Notes under the pieces: generated by a model
What the model saw: the letters and a program-made list of their open reading frames with translations, nothing else
Database searches by the model: none
Told to the model about the DNA's origin: nothing
Part shown: one piece after another, positions 47,377-61,042 of the stretch
How positions within the stretch are numbered: the first letter of the stretch is position 1
How the letters are laid out: each line of letters begins with the position of its first letter
Program-made: the position numbers and the translations under genes
Source of the DNA: Octopus sinensis
Lineage: Eukaryota
Reading direction: 5' to 3'
DNA: 64,000 nt
Assembly (NCBI RefSeq): GCF_006345805.1
Contig: NW_021832829.1
Coordinates: 1-64,000 of the forward strand

Positions 47377-48500
47377 TGGGCTCTCCTGCAGATAAAAATA
47401 GTGTAAAAAACACAGGACTGTCGCCTGTGGGACTTCATAATACCACAGGAGCTAATGTTTTAAAAGAAGATCTTTTTGGTGATGCTGCTAAAACTAACCT
47501 GAATTCTCTTTCTGAGATCATTGGAAATGTCAACGGTGTCTCTGAAGGCAAATGAGTGTCTCAGATTGCCCTTACTACGAAGCAAAGACTTGACAGAATG
47601 GCTGGATTAAAGTCTGCAATTTATCATATTACAAAAGATAATCCTCCACAAAATATTAATCAGATTACTGATATTCTATATGCTGCACAGTGTGCTTATT
47701 TGGCTTTAATCAGGAGAGACAGATCATAGAGCACATGATTGGAAAAAATGGAAAGGAAAATCTCTAAATTAGAAGCTGAAATTGAACTAGTTGGTTCTTT
47801 CTCCAAACAAACTTTGCCTCGGACCGAAAAGCATAAGACAGTGGATGTTATTTGTCGCTACGGATATAAGAAGTCTAAGAAGGGGAATCTAATCAAAATT
47901 GAGACCCTATTTAAAGATCTAATTAGAATAAAAAAGAAACAGATATCCATTCATACCTTGAGGAAGGATTTTCGGAAAGACAATGCGTGTTTTGAATTAA
48001 ACCGCAGAAGATTTTCTGCGAGTAATTAAGACAAGAAAGAGGCACTTAGCCACAATCGCAGAATTTCTTGCTTCCAAATATGCAGTTGTTGGCGAGGAAA
48101 ATCTTACATTGATTCACTCAAGGACGCTCAGAGAAAACTTTTGGTTAACCAAATCAGCTGTAAATCACTACACTCGGTGATGTTTAAATGTATGGTAGAA
48201 TCAAATATCGACCTATTTACTTCTTTGCAATGGCTATTGAAAGGAACAATAGTCCCCGGAGGGGGCACTGTACTGTCTTTTACAAGATAGGAATTTGCTG
48301 CATACGCGGGATCAATCTGCATCCATTGCAAATAAGCAAGCCAACTGTTGACGATCTGTTTGAAAACGAAATGTCTATCTTCTATGAAGCAAAAATAAAA
48401 ACTATTCCAATTGTCTTGACATGGCATGTAATTGTCTCAAAGTTCTTTAAAAGTCACATGAATAACTTATCAATCGAAGAAGGAACGAGGACATATATCC
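47377..48500 (+). mobile_element. R4/Dong-like RLE retrotransposon, internally deleted (RT core missing)
   Basis: N-terminal ILYAAQCAY and RKDFRKDNACFELNRRRF are joined to QDRN..CIHCK..KPTVD and NEMSIFYEAKIKTIPIVLTW..TRTYIQ. Confidence 0.72.
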
Positions 48501-48519
48501 AGAAAACACACTCCGCGGA

Positions 48520-49020
48520 AATAACCAATCACCGAAATGTCATTCACAAGCCGCTGAGAAATTACTCGTTTTCCGATGTTGGTCGAACGGACATTAGGCC
48601 AATAAAATTAAACTTTAAATGCAAGCTCATATTAAATGAACAACATTCATATTATTATTCAAAGCACGTTTGCAGAACCAAAAAATGTATATTAACTAAA
48701 GTCCAGTTTGTGCCACACGTTTCGAAAGCGTCTTTATCGTATCTGTTCGTGGTTTTTATAGATCGTTAGCACATTTAAATTTTCTTCCGGTTTCAGTAAG
48801 ATCCTTGTATAGAACAACAGAGAGAGTGACTTTATATCTTTCTTTTAACGATGTTTTGTTTTCATTGTTAAAGTAATTGGCCATTTTTATCTTTGCAGGA
48901 ATGTTTATATCCATTCTACTCAGAACTAGATGCGGAGGATCAAACCCGATGGAAATTGAAGATGACATTGTGTCAGAAAATGATCTGGAAATTGAAAACA
49001 TGCATAACCTATATTTAATC
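48520..49020 (-). mobile_element. Possible degenerate hAT fragment
   Basis: SVRPTSENE / NFSAA resembles a frameshifted hAT dimerisation motif; weak. Confidence 0.3.
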
Positions 49021-49138
49021 AATAAATTTAGTCATAATTTGGCATATTTTTATATTAGCAATCGACTGTCTAAAAGTATAAGAGCAAAAATGAAGACGTT
49101 GAATTAGAATAACTAATTAATTAACATAATGAGCTACA

Positions 49139-50168
49139 TTATTCAGCATCCCTCTCAAATGGAATACATTCAACACAACTCAGAATATCATGCCCAATCG
49201 ACTCCCTGCAAGCACAGAGCACTGACCGAGACAAAATGTCAACATTCCCCCCTGCAACTACAAACGGAGACAAAACCATTATAAGGATTCATCACACACG
49301 CCCCCGCCTCCTGAGCTATAACCACCCCTGCCGCATAATCCCAAACGTTTATTCCAAACTCCAAGTAAGCATCTGCCCGACCATCGGCGACATAGCACAT
49401 ATTTAAGGCAGCACTTCCGTTCATTCGAATTCTGTCAAAATCAGTCAAGGAAGCACCCGGCGACTTTGCAAATAAGATTCCGGTTGTTAGAAATCTTTTG
49501 AAAAGTCACACTTTCCGACCGCCACCCTCCGTACTCTGCAATAACCAATGCTCGACTCAGTTCTACTTTTTGATCTCATTTGTTACCAGAAACTGATGAG
49601 ACTCGCATTTCTTGGCCATTTTTGAAGGCTCCCCGACCTTTGATGGCAGAAAACATTTCTTTAGTGGACGGATTGAAGACGACCCCTACGACAGGCTTAT
49701 CCGTTAGTCCAGAACTCACCTGCTTCTGGAATGTCACTGCAATCGAGACACAAAAATTGGGAAAATTGTGAACAAAGTTGGAGGTTCCGTCAATAGGGTC
49801 GACAATCCACGTGAATTCGTCTCCGAGTCCCCAACTTTGAGCGATGGTCTCTTCGCCAATAAATCTAAAATAGGAACTGAGATGGACCTGTGGTTTTTGA
49901 ACTTTTGGTTTTGGTAGATGAGGGTTTTAATTTTGTTTTCTATTGCCCTGTCGGTATCGGTGACCAAATCGCGATAGGAGGATTTGCATTCGACTTTTAA
50001 CCCTGTTTGTATCGCCTCGAGCATCATCTATGGACTATTTTATAAATATACATCGCCGGCCATGGTGGCATATTCCTTGGCTGCCCTTTCGATTTCTTCC
50101 AAGTCAGTCTTAAGGGATATTAGAAAATAAGTATAAATAGTTGTGTATTATCTTAACAGCCTCACCAT
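49139..50168 (-). CDS. IMPA1: Inositol monophosphatase, multi-exon
   Basis: [44 protein letters not shown] and [14 protein letters not shown] motifs. Confidence 0.95.
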
Positions 50169-50439
50169 TAGAGTTATAGTTTAAATAAATCAACTAAATT
50201 AACAAAACTAGTTTCCTAATTAAATTTTCAAACACACAAAATAAAGCTTTTTTACAAACATTTTGAAGATTTGACATTTGCTACCACATTTCAAAATTGA
50301 GTCGACGTTCCTTTAAAAACATAATTTAACTATCCTGATAGATCGACATGAATATTTGTAATGTGAATAAACATGAGAAAAACAAAGCCAAATAATTCAT
50401 GAGTTCACACTTATGACATCAGAGATATTAACAGTTCGA

Positions 50440-50808
50440 TTCAAATAAAAGTGGAATGTATGACCCAGTCATCTGCCACCCGGTGACTGGATCTGTGCGC
50501 AATAAAAAGGGGAAAGACGGGTCAGCAAAGAAGTAAAAGATACTAGTACATACATCCAGTCGGTTGTGCTAAAGAGGACGCTGAAGAGTATGCTCATTAA
50601 ATACTGACACGGAGTGAAGGTTAACATTGAAGAGTACACCTCTGCAGCCAATCAGCTTGTGGAGCTGGCATGCTGCAAGGACACTCAGCTGAACAATTAC
50701 CTTGACGCAGAAATCGAAAATAAAGGGAATTTTGTGGCAGACTCTTCTTCCAAGCGAAGAAGAGAAATTGCTGACGATCTGGATTCTTTATTAAATAATT
50801 TAAGATAG
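50440..50808 (+). mobile_element. R4/Dong-like retrotransposon C-terminal fragment
   Basis: TYIQSVVLKRTLKSMLIKY*HGVKVNIEEYTSAANQL aligns with the 1040-1170 segment. Confidence 0.7.
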
Positions 50809-50910
50809 AATTTACATAATTAAGTGATAATAAACTGCAAAATACATCTAAAATAATCTGCATGAAATTTCTGTCTGCTTGTAACAAATCAAACCAAATT
50901 ATAGAGTACA

Positions 50911-51451
50911 TGTAACCGGTTGAGAGTGATTGCAGGCTGAGAACAATCGCGCAATATCGAGTTTGCCGTTAACGCCATGCCGTTGATAAATCGAAATTTC
51001 AAAAAATATAGTAGAAGAAAAGAGTAGAATAATATTAATGTTTGGAAAACCTTTAATTCTTCACACGAACAATGGGAAGGAATTTGTCAACAAAAGGATT
51101 TCCCGATTATGTGATGAGTACAGGATAAAGCACGTGAGAGGTCATGCAAGGTGCCCTTGGGTGCAGGGACAGGTAGAAAGACTAAACCAATCCTTGAAAT
51201 ATATGTTGTCCTCGACCTGTTTGTCTGAGAACCTCAACTATAAATGGATTTCAATAATATAAATGTTTATTGAACTATAAATGTCTTTAAAATTGGGGAC
51301 AAAGTTCTGCGAAGAGTTAGAACCGACAATAATAAAGGAACGCGGAAGCGTTCTCTAAATGAACATATGGATACGAAAATATATTATGTCAAAGGATTCT
51401 CACCTACTGTTATGGTGATAATGGAGTCTGAAGATGGCTAGATTTGTTACA
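50911..51451 (+). mobile_element. Ginger-like integrase fragment
   Basis: FGKPLILHTNNGKEF and QGQVERLNQ motifs; bounded by TGTAAC...GTTACA. No TSD found. Confidence 0.65.
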
Positions 51452-51454
51452 AGC

Positions 51455-52308
51455 AGGCCCCTGAGGCCGCATGTGGCCCCTAGGATTTAATTGAGAGGCT
51501 TATGTTTCTATAAATATTTTAGTTTTTGTCACGTTTTTTTATTTGTTGTTGTGATGACGAATTCTAAACGTTTTCGAAAAATTTCCAAGGAAAATAGGAT
51601 CTTTAAACTCATCTGGGACGAAAAATATTTCATTATTGAGGTCAATAGAAAGGCTTTTTGCCTAATATGCAATTTTATTATTGTAACTTTAAAAACGTAT
51701 AAAATCGAACGGCACTATCCTTCCCACTCTATTCTTTATGACAAATTCACTGGTGTTTCTCGGACGAAAAAACTAAAACAAATGAAAGAAGATTATTTAA
51801 AGCGATCATTCACTTTCAAAAGTGGCACATATTCGTCTAATATTAACCTGGCATCATACAAAATTAGTTACCCATTGGCTAAAAATATGAAGCCTTATTT
51901 TGATGGCGAATTATATAAAACGGCAATCGAAATATTTGCATCGGAATGTTGTTCGCCCGCTGTTTTCGATATTACACACAAGTTACCTCTAAGTAACGAT
52001 ACTAAAATTAGGAAATAATACCGCAATGAACTAACGGATATCCATCTAGATCAGATGTTGCGGATTTCGACATCTAATATCGTACCAGATTTTGAAAATA
52101 TGACAAAGTAGTTTATAAATTCTTTCATTCATTGATATAACAAATGTGCGGCGATAGGAAGCAACTCTAAATTGCATGTACACAGTAAAACAAAAATCAT
52201 ATGTATTTTCTTCAGTTCAACCTGAAATAACAAATATCTTATCTTCATTAAGTTGACAAAAAAATGTGCGGCCCTTATAAATAAAAAATTTGATTTTTGC
52301 GACCCCTG
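51455..52308 (+). mobile_element. SPIN/GTF2IRD2-like hAT, internally deleted
   Basis: KENRIF..WDEKYF..CLIC..IERHY and LPLSNDT motifs; right TIR GCGACCCCTG ends at 52308. A second Buster-type TIR end (TTGAGAACCACTG) follows at 52320-52332. Confidence 0.8.
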
Positions 52309-52469
52309 GCTCAAAATTCTTGAGAACCACTGCTCTAGAATACAACATTCATAGTTATATATTCTAATTAAGACCATCACTTTATCACAACTGTGGATGA
52401 GAATATGAGTTTTCTCAGCAATTGATGGGATTGGCATGTGCCATTGTTGAATGTTTAAGTTTCTATAAT

Positions 52470-52630
52470 TCACATACCATTAATCAGGAACCTAAATGAA
52501 GTTTAGGTTGATCACTTAATAGGAATTGACAAGAGTAATTGTTTAATTATAATTTGATGAACATTACTCACCGCAGCCGCATATTTAGAAACAAGAACAA
52601 AAAGTATAATAGAAGCCAAAACAATGTCAT
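52470..52630 (-). CDS. Candidate two-exon hydrophobic micropeptide (26 aa), copy B
   Basis: Exons 52630-52572 and 52491-52470 with an 80-nt GT-AG intron give MTLFWLLLYFLFLFLNMRLRFLINGM*. Confidence 0.4.
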
Positions 52631-52690
52631 TAAAAGAATTAAGAATCCATTAAAATTGAGTATATAATATCGAGTAATTTACTTATTACA

Positions 52691-55215
52691 ATGATCTTCT
52701 TCAAGGCAATTGCTTCATTTATAGGGATACTTTTCTGTGGGTATATATGCGGTACAATACGGGGAGTTTATGTTAAGGAACTGAATATGAAAACATCTAT
52801 AATTATGACGGCCATGCATACTATTTTTTAAAAAAACAGACATACATCCCATATCACTTAGACGCATGTAGTAACGATGGATACTATACAGTCGATATAA
52901 CAAGTGCTACAGAAAATGACGTGATCGCAAGTAAGCAATCCATTTATATTTGAGGTGTCATCAGAAAGGACTATCTTCTTGGAATATGGAGACATTACGG
53001 AGGCTCCGAATATTTTAGTTATCACACTGGCCTGGAAGCTGTAAGTGACAATAACAAGAGTCTAGAATTATACAAACTTCGCCAAAGATATTTCTTACTA
53101 CTACTACGATGCCACTGCTGAAATGATGCATAAGAGTGGTCAGTGGTTACTTGCGTATCAGTGGAGATATTCCTATGTTATGTGTGAAAATGGTGAATAA
53201 GGTTTGTGTCATTTTAAGATGAAATTTCTTCACTGGGCGTTAACCTGACTTCAGATAAAGTTATAAATCGTAATGCAACTTTAAATGTTAAAATAGTAAA
53301 TTACGACCATTTGTTGACATTCGGGGGACACTCGTACTATATTTATTCTGTATACCGAAACTACGAAATTTCTGTAAAAATCTGCAAAAATGATCACGAC
53401 GGATATGTATTCATTCCAGACTATGGACTAGAAAATTGTGCAATACAAGGTATAATTTTTACTTTTAAATAAAAGGTAATAAAATTGGATGGGTATACGT
53501 TGGAATCACCCAAGAAACGGGCGAGTTTGTGACAAGTAAAGGAGATTCGGCGGTATTTGAACATTACATTTGATTAGTCGTATCTTCCATGGAGTCCTAA
53601 TCAGCCTGAAAGTGAAATGTGTGTAATAAGAAGTGCTGATAACGGTGAGTTCCAAACAAGAGATTGCAATACAAGAAAGCACATCATTTGTGAAACAGGT
53701 AATTTCTAGTTCCTGAATTTTCAAGACACTGTTGTGTCGGGTGCAAATGAAACGGCATGTGATTTACAGATATCTCATCGTATATGTAGAAGTGACTAAC
53801 GATTAGTCTACTTTGCTCAAATACTGGAGTATAACGGCTGGGCATTCCGTCTATTCGACTTCAACACGACTCTGTCTGTTGCTAAAACTGTCTGTTCAGC
53901 ACGTGGGGAAATCGTATTTGTTCCTCGCAATGATACAGAAAATTGTGCAATTTCTGGTAAATAGTGAGAATAACTTGTTAATAGAGAATATGGAATCGAG
54001 TATTGGAATAAATTTTGGTGAAATTTACATAAAAAATGTGTTTATTCCTGGAGACGGGATTGATACAGTGATTTTAAATAAAATTTTAAATAGAATTACA
54101 CAAACTGGAATATTGGATATCCTAATTTGGATATCAATCAGAGTTGCGTGTATATGAATTTTGGATCTGGCAAGTGGGAAAACAATGTATGCAGAAATGC
54201 TTCATTTGTTTGTCGCGGAAGAAGTAATATACAATCCTCAATTAAATGCTCGAATAATTTTTTTGGTTTCTTTATGTGCATAGTTTTTAGAACCAACAAC
54301 TAAATCTTTCTCATTCACATATGACTCGAAAACATATTTATTATTTGCTTATCTCAAAACTTTCTACGAAGCCGTACGATTGTGTTCATATTATGGACAA
54401 AACCTTGTTCAAACTACTAATCAGTCTATAATTGAGGAAATAACAAAATGTATATTCAAAATATAATACTAGACATTATTGACGATTCTTTTCACATGAA
54501 TTACAGAATAATGTGGAATGACACTACATTGAACTGGGTAGATTCCAGCCCTTCAGTTCAAACAATTTTTAACTATATTTAGGATACTCCCAACTGGATG
54601 TCTGGAGAACCCATTCAGAAAGATTATCAGATCTCTTGCGTTAGCGTTCAGCCTAACAAAACATGGGTGACCAATTCTTGCAAAAGTAAACACATACCAG
54701 TCTGTGTCCGAGATGGTTCGAATGTTGATCAAAATTTTATAGCTAACACTACAACAACATCTACAGTTTTAACCACGGCTACCACCTCGACAACCTCAAC
54801 TATTACCTCGACAACCACGACTACCACAACAACACCAACCACGACTACCACAACAACCCCACCTACAACTGCCACAACAACATCAGTAACCACAATGCCC
54901 AGGACTACCTTCTTCACAAGTAATATGCTGGGATTATATTTTAGCTACTATGGAGCCGAATGCGGCAGCCTGTACTATTTGAGTCATTTCATGTTATAGC
55001 AAAGCAAGTTAATAAAATCGGTTTAGGCGTTGGCATCTTCTTTGCTATTTTAGCATTGGTTGCTATTTGTTTCGGAATTTTTGTTTTCCGAAGGTATTCG
55101 CTTTTATGATTGGATAGGAGAGTTCCGGGAATTAACACTTTGCGGTCTTTTGGAAGTTTTAAAAGTATTTAATCATGTATTATTTCTAGGACGGACTTTT
55201 TCAATCGAAAGTTAA
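52691..55215 (+). CDS. Multi-C-type-lectin-domain, mucin-stalk type I membrane protein, copy B
   Basis: Colinear with copy A with a matching exon structure, except that the first intron is absent. Shorter Thr stalk; TM segment IGLGVGIFFAILALVAICFGIFVFRR. Confidence 0.82.
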
Positions 55216-56999
55216 TAATAACATACTAATATTCTCTTTAATAAACTTTTCAATAACCTAAAAAGATTATCTATAACATTGGGCGTATTTCTTTGATTTC
55301 AATTGACAGCGATTTGTCCAATATGATTACCTCAACCAAAAAATTGTCTTATCGCTTCGAAAAAGAAGACCGATCTGCAGGAAACTTCTTGTCAAGCAAC
55401 TTTAAAAGCTAATCAAAAACGACGTTCTCCAAGACTAGGGTCCGATTTTAATTGAACCGAATGGTAATTAATATATTCTTATTTGTATTATTAAGGGTTT
55501 TGTTGACATTGACTGTTTCGAATATTTAGTAGTTAAAAAACACACTTTCAAACACCTTACTAATTTTCACTTTAGTAACAGCATACATTTTTAAACGTAG
55601 TGACATGAATATTTTATCTTTTTTTGTAAATATTGTGATTTCTTCAAAATAAATCCGGGTTCCCATAGTATGTATTACGATTATGGATAGCGATAATCCA
55701 GCATCAAATATGAGATGTAATGGAATCTATTATCCACTGAATATTAAACTACCGGAATACAAACTCAAGTCTATATAGCATTTGAAGGTCGTGCCATGAA
55801 TCAAACCAGCATCTTTTTATTCTATTAAAGGATTTTCCGATGACCTTAGAATCTTATTATCTTCGTATATTCAAACGAGAATCTGTACAAAATTAAATTA
55901 AACAAGTACTGCTCATAAAGTCTGAAAGTCCCTAAACAGCTGACGTTTTAAAGCTCAAAATAACAAGGAATTCGATATCGATAGCACTAATTTACTTTGC
56001 TACTTTTGTTCTTTACACCGTTTTAAATGTGCCCAGGTTTGTAAAAAATAACTTGAGCTTCAAAGCTGAATAGTTAGTCGTGTACAGTCAGTTTTAAGCA
56101 TCGTAAATTAAAAAAGAGTTCTTCCTGTCATCAGAGAGAATGGTAATATGCTAAAACTGGGAGTAAGTCTGTTTTCAGGATATGGTCGGATGATCTGGTT
56201 TGTCGTAACATGAAAAAGTGTTTAAAATACATTTCTTTGACATTTTTTCAATATTTAGCATATTTAAGTATGCTAACTCATTAGTAAAAATCAAATAAAT
56301 TATGAAAGCAGTGGTATTAAGGCAAGCGTGAACGAAAACTTCTTTTGGAGATCAGAGCATGGATTTCACACTAACAGGATGAGGTTATAAATCATTTACA
56401 AAATTACAATTAAGAGTCACTAATAATCTACGGTTCGGAGGAATGGTATCAAACGGACAAAAATGATCATCTTATTGTTAAACTCCAAAAAACAGACATT
56501 TGGCATTAAACTGGCATTCGAAGAAGTTAATTATTATAATTAATCTTGAATTATTTTAGCCAGATAAATCAATTTTTCTTTTGAATAACATAATTGATGA
56601 GAAAATACCATTTGAAAGCTCTTATTTTTGTCAAGTTTATGACTCTAAAACAGTAATTCCTAATCTGGGTTCCGCGAAATGTATTATTAATTATTCAATA
56701 ATAGTTTTTGATCATTAAAATATATTTAACATATATGCTTATATCTTGGGTTAATTAGCCAATTTTATTTAAGATTTTTAATGAGAAACAATAATTTCAT
56801 AAAAGATTCCTGCGCCGCATTGGGAATTAACCTCTCATGGTTAAACCGCCTTAAAATTGAGACTACACTATGTCGAGCTGCGGCTAGCATAATGAAAATT
56901 TCCAATTTGAACAATATTATTCCAAGTCCGCTTGACCACCTAATTAAGGAAGATGGAAAGGGCTTCTTAGCCATTCAACAAAACCAACTGTCAAAAGAC

Positions 57000-59560
57000 C
57001 ATCATAAGTAAATTAGCAACCAGAAGCACATCACCCCGATTTAATTTCTTACGAAAACTGTTCCTCACCCGTTCCGCACTTGCGTTGGGTCCAGAGTCCA
57101 ACATCTGGAAATTGATGCCCTTTTTTATTCTTCTCAATGAGAGTTTCGAAAGAGATTGGTGGTTTGATAGCTTCACCTGTATACCACCTTTCGGTAAGTG
57201 TGAAAGCTCTTTTCTGGGTTGCGGAGATTTTACGGATGTTTGTATTCGAAATCAGTGGCCCCCATGAGGCACAAACATATGAGATACATGGTTCGATATA
57301 CTGTGAGTAGAGTGTTTTAAGTATGGGGTGATCTCCCATTCTCCATAGACCAGTTAGGCATTTCAGGAGGTTGATTTTCTTTTCACATTTGTTCAGCACA
57401 TTTGTGACATGTTTAGAGAAATTCATGTGCGTGTCATAAGTTAATCCCAATATCTTTTGCCATTTGCTGAAAGGTAATACTCTTCCCTCCACAACAACTT
57501 CGATTGAAGTTTTCGATAGTCTTTTGTCTGAGGAGTAGAGAGTTGTGACAGATTTTTCTGTGTTGATCGACATCCGATTTACGTTAAACCACTCAACTAG
57601 GTGATCCAGGTTTTGTTGTAATCTTCCTTTTGCTGTTTGGATGTTCTGGTCCCGTGATGCCAATACAATGTCATCTGCATAGGCCAGAAGCAGATCGTCA
57701 TCGCCATTAGGCGTCGGAATATCGGCCGTAAACAAATTGAATAGGAAAGGTGATAATGGTGAGCCCTGGGGTACACCATTTGGGAATAGACGGGAAATGG
57801 AACGAATGTTTCCAAAGCATACTCTTCCTCTTCGACCGCTGAGAAAGTTAGTCAACCAGAGCTTGAGGTCTTCAGGGATGTTTGATTGGTAGATTTTCCA
57901 TGCTAGGTTTTTTCTAGGTACAGCGTCGAAGGCTTTGTGGATATCCAGCGAACAAAGTACAGTTTTCTGATGTCTTGGCTTGCACGAAATGCCAGAACGG
58001 ATAAAGTTAGTCAAGGAGCTAAGGAAGCTTGCAGTGGAACAATCTTTTTTGAATCCATGTTGGAAAGCCTTGTTGGGAATGCTGTTAATGATTTTTGTGA
58101 GGATGAGTTTTTCCAGAGTTTTTTCAGTGAAGTGAGTTGAAAGTTTACTTTTCAGCTTCCTTAGCGGCGGATTGGATGGGTCAGTCTTCATACGATCCTT
58201 GTGGGAGATTTTCGCGTAGTATTTTATTAAGGCATTTAGATCTTTTTGGCTGAATTCGTCGTCTCCAGGTATTTCCTCATTAGCCTTCGAAATGTTCCGA
58301 ATAGATTTCCAGATCTCGGATGTCGACCGATTACGGTTTAGGAACGTAAGTACTTTCCTCCATTTCGCTCTTTGAGTTTTGAATTCACTAGCTTTTATTT
58401 CGTCGTTCAACAGTTTCAAACGGATCCTTGCTTCGGGGGTTCAAATCCCTACTTTTTAAGACGATTTCTTTCCTTGACAAGAGACTTCCTTCCATAGTTA
58501 CATGTGTAAGAGGCATGCCTTTGAGGAACAGTCTTAGCTCTTGCTTCTAGAATGATCTTGTTGACGTAGGCAACAGCCGCGTCAAGAGAGGTGAAGTCTT
58601 CCAGTTTTATATTTGCGAATTGTTGGTCAGTGAGCAATCGGAATAGTTGCCAATTTGCCAGAATGTACATGTAAACAGGTTTCTTCTTTTTTCTTGTAAT
58701 TTCTCTTTTGATTTTTAGCAAAATAGGGTTGTGGTCACTGCAAGTGTCGTAGATCACCGACCAATTGATTGTTGTTGCAAGGTGTGGTGAACAGAGAGTG
58801 ATATCTGGTAAGGTAGGTTGTCAGAGATCCTTTGGTGTGTTCTTGTATTTTTGGATGGGTCGTTTATGATTGTCAAATTTCCAGACTGCGACAGTAGTAA
58901 ATTCCCTCTTGTATCTGCGGACTGATTTGACAGCCAAAGGGGATGTTTAGCATTTAAGTCACCACATATGACGACGTCCTTTAAGCTCTCCAAAGCTGAC
59001 AAGTTAGGAATGGTGTAAGGTTTCGGGCATGAGCCCGGGGGAGGGATATACATGTTAACCAGAAATAATCTTCCTTTTGTTGTCCCAACAGATATCCCAA
59101 TTATCTCCGTGGTTTCATCACTTTTCAAGAGGCTCTTAATTTCGAGAGTATGGTCCACATGTTTTAGGCCTTTCCTAATTAATGTAAGCAGTCCTCCGCC
59201 ACGTTTCTTGTTACGATCGATGCGTAGTATGTTGTATCCAGGAAAAAGGGGAGTAGTATCTTTTCCTGATAGCTTCGATTCTTGGATAAGCAGGATGTCG
59301 ACTTTGAATTTCACGAGCAGGGATCTGAGTTCGAGGATTTTTCCTTTAATTCCGTTCACGTTTAGTTGTATGACAATGATCCGATCCTTTAACTTGTTTG
59401 GGCCAGGCGTCCGAGAAGCTGATGTTAGACCGGTAATCCGTCGACCAGGGGTGAGATTTACCCCCGGTGGAAGAGAGCGAATGGTTCTTTTTTGAGAGAT
59501 GCCTTAGGGGCACTCTGAGCGCCTCCAGAATTTTTATATCCGGCGAACCACATGACGCAA
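57000..59560 (-). mobile_element. APE-RT LINE (Jockey-like), degenerate
   Basis: QLNVNG, LIQES, GDLNAKH, SDHNP (APE); LDIHKAFD, GVPQGSPLSP, YADD (RT). Part of the RT N-terminus appears deleted. Confidence 0.88.
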
Positions 59561-59599
59561 CTAATGAAAATTTTTTTTGACTGCTAGATAAATGATCAA

Positions 59600-61042
59600 A
59601 TTACTGATTTGTTTATAAACACAATTATTTATTGAACAAATCGAATAAAGTTCTTTGTATAGTGTTTTTTTAATTAATTTTTGTAAATAATCCTAGATAT
59701 GTTTCAAATTTGTTACAGTATCATTTGTTATATTTTGAGAAAAGATATTCGAAAAAGAACTTGATTTAATGACAATTTGAATTTCATCAAATAAAGTGGT
59801 TGGGCTAATATCGCAACTCTCATCGAGTTGGCTATCATCAGCATTAAGTATGATATCTTAAACAGTGTATTCTTTTTGAACAAGACAATGATTTCATCGT
59901 CATCAATTACCTTTTCTGTTTGAAGCATATCTTCTTCAAACATAATTTGGGCATTATTGTGTGCCTCAATAATTGGATCTGGGGACAACTGTTCTTCAGC
60001 ATAAAACTCATAGGACCTTGAATAATTCCAACTTTGTTAAACAATTACTGATAGTTTCTTGTTTCACACTTTCCCAAGCTTCGTGAAGTAACAATATTGC
60101 GTGTCTAAGATTAACAAAAAAATCCAATGATTGATCAAGCGAGTTCATATAATCAACCACTAACAAAAGGTATCATTTTAATTGATCCAGTTGCATTAGA
60201 ACATAAAGCAACAATTATTTAACTTTAGCTTGTTTTACGTCTTTTCTTTGGCTTAATGAAATCGTTCTTGTAAGAAATGCTTGAAAAAGTCATGTTTCAT
60301 CAATATTTAGTATAACTTCAATTCCTGCCATTTTTTCAACCATTTTTTGTATATGTGCTGGAACATCACCATCATTCATTAAATTTGCTTCTCCGTGAAA
60401 AACTTTTAATTTCAAATTGAACCGATTTTTGAATTCATAGCCATCCTTTGCTAAATTGCAGGTCTTCAATATTTAGATTTTGCCCGAATTCTTTGGCTTT
60501 ATTAATGATAATTTCATCAGTCAAGTAACCGTTAATAGCATCCATTCGAGATATCTATTCTACCAATGAATTCTCAAACAGATAATGATTTTTAGAAGCT
60601 TGTCTATAGTAAGTGTTTGAGCTGTCATATTTTTCCATTGTTCTTTATTTTTCGAAATTTCAGATAAAGTAGAATTTCCTAGGTCCAGATTTAATTCTCT
60701 TCTGATAATTTGAGATAATTCATTCAGCGACATTTTCCTCGAATTCTTAATTTTACAAATCTGTTCTTTTGGTTGAATTTTGACTTCAGTCCTTTTTCTA
60801 ACCATAGAATTAAGAAAAGCGTGCTGTTAATTAAATTTGAAAAAATTAATTGTAAAAAATTAATCAAAAAAATTAATTCGAAATTATATTAATCCTAGCG
60901 TTCGGATTGCGGATTATTGAATTTTCGGAGGATCGAATCAAATTTGGCAGGAAAAAGTTAAAAAATTTATAATTTAAATTAAAAAAATTCGGATTATTGG
61001 AGTTTTCGGATTATTGAAGTTCGGATTAACGAGGGTTGCCTG
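59600..61042 (-). mobile_element. Tigger/pogo element, degenerate
   Basis: HTH ORF at 60560-60805; FHGEA segment. Terminal CAGGCAACCCTCGTTAATCCGAA at 61042 is flanked by TA; the other end was not found. Confidence 0.75.

Noticed and set aside
50614-50808. Small ORF looking like a host gene divergent from IMPA
   Set aside because: It is the C-terminus of the R4/Dong-like family, aligning with 1051-1170.
6744-55215. Alternative genetic code suggested by stops inside gene-like regions
   Set aside because: Where checked, each stop is removed by a short GT-AG intron under the standard code.
55900-57011. Possible BEL/Pao integrase remnant and ORF 56781-57011
   Set aside because: Too degenerate to assign; no catalytic motif can be confirmed.
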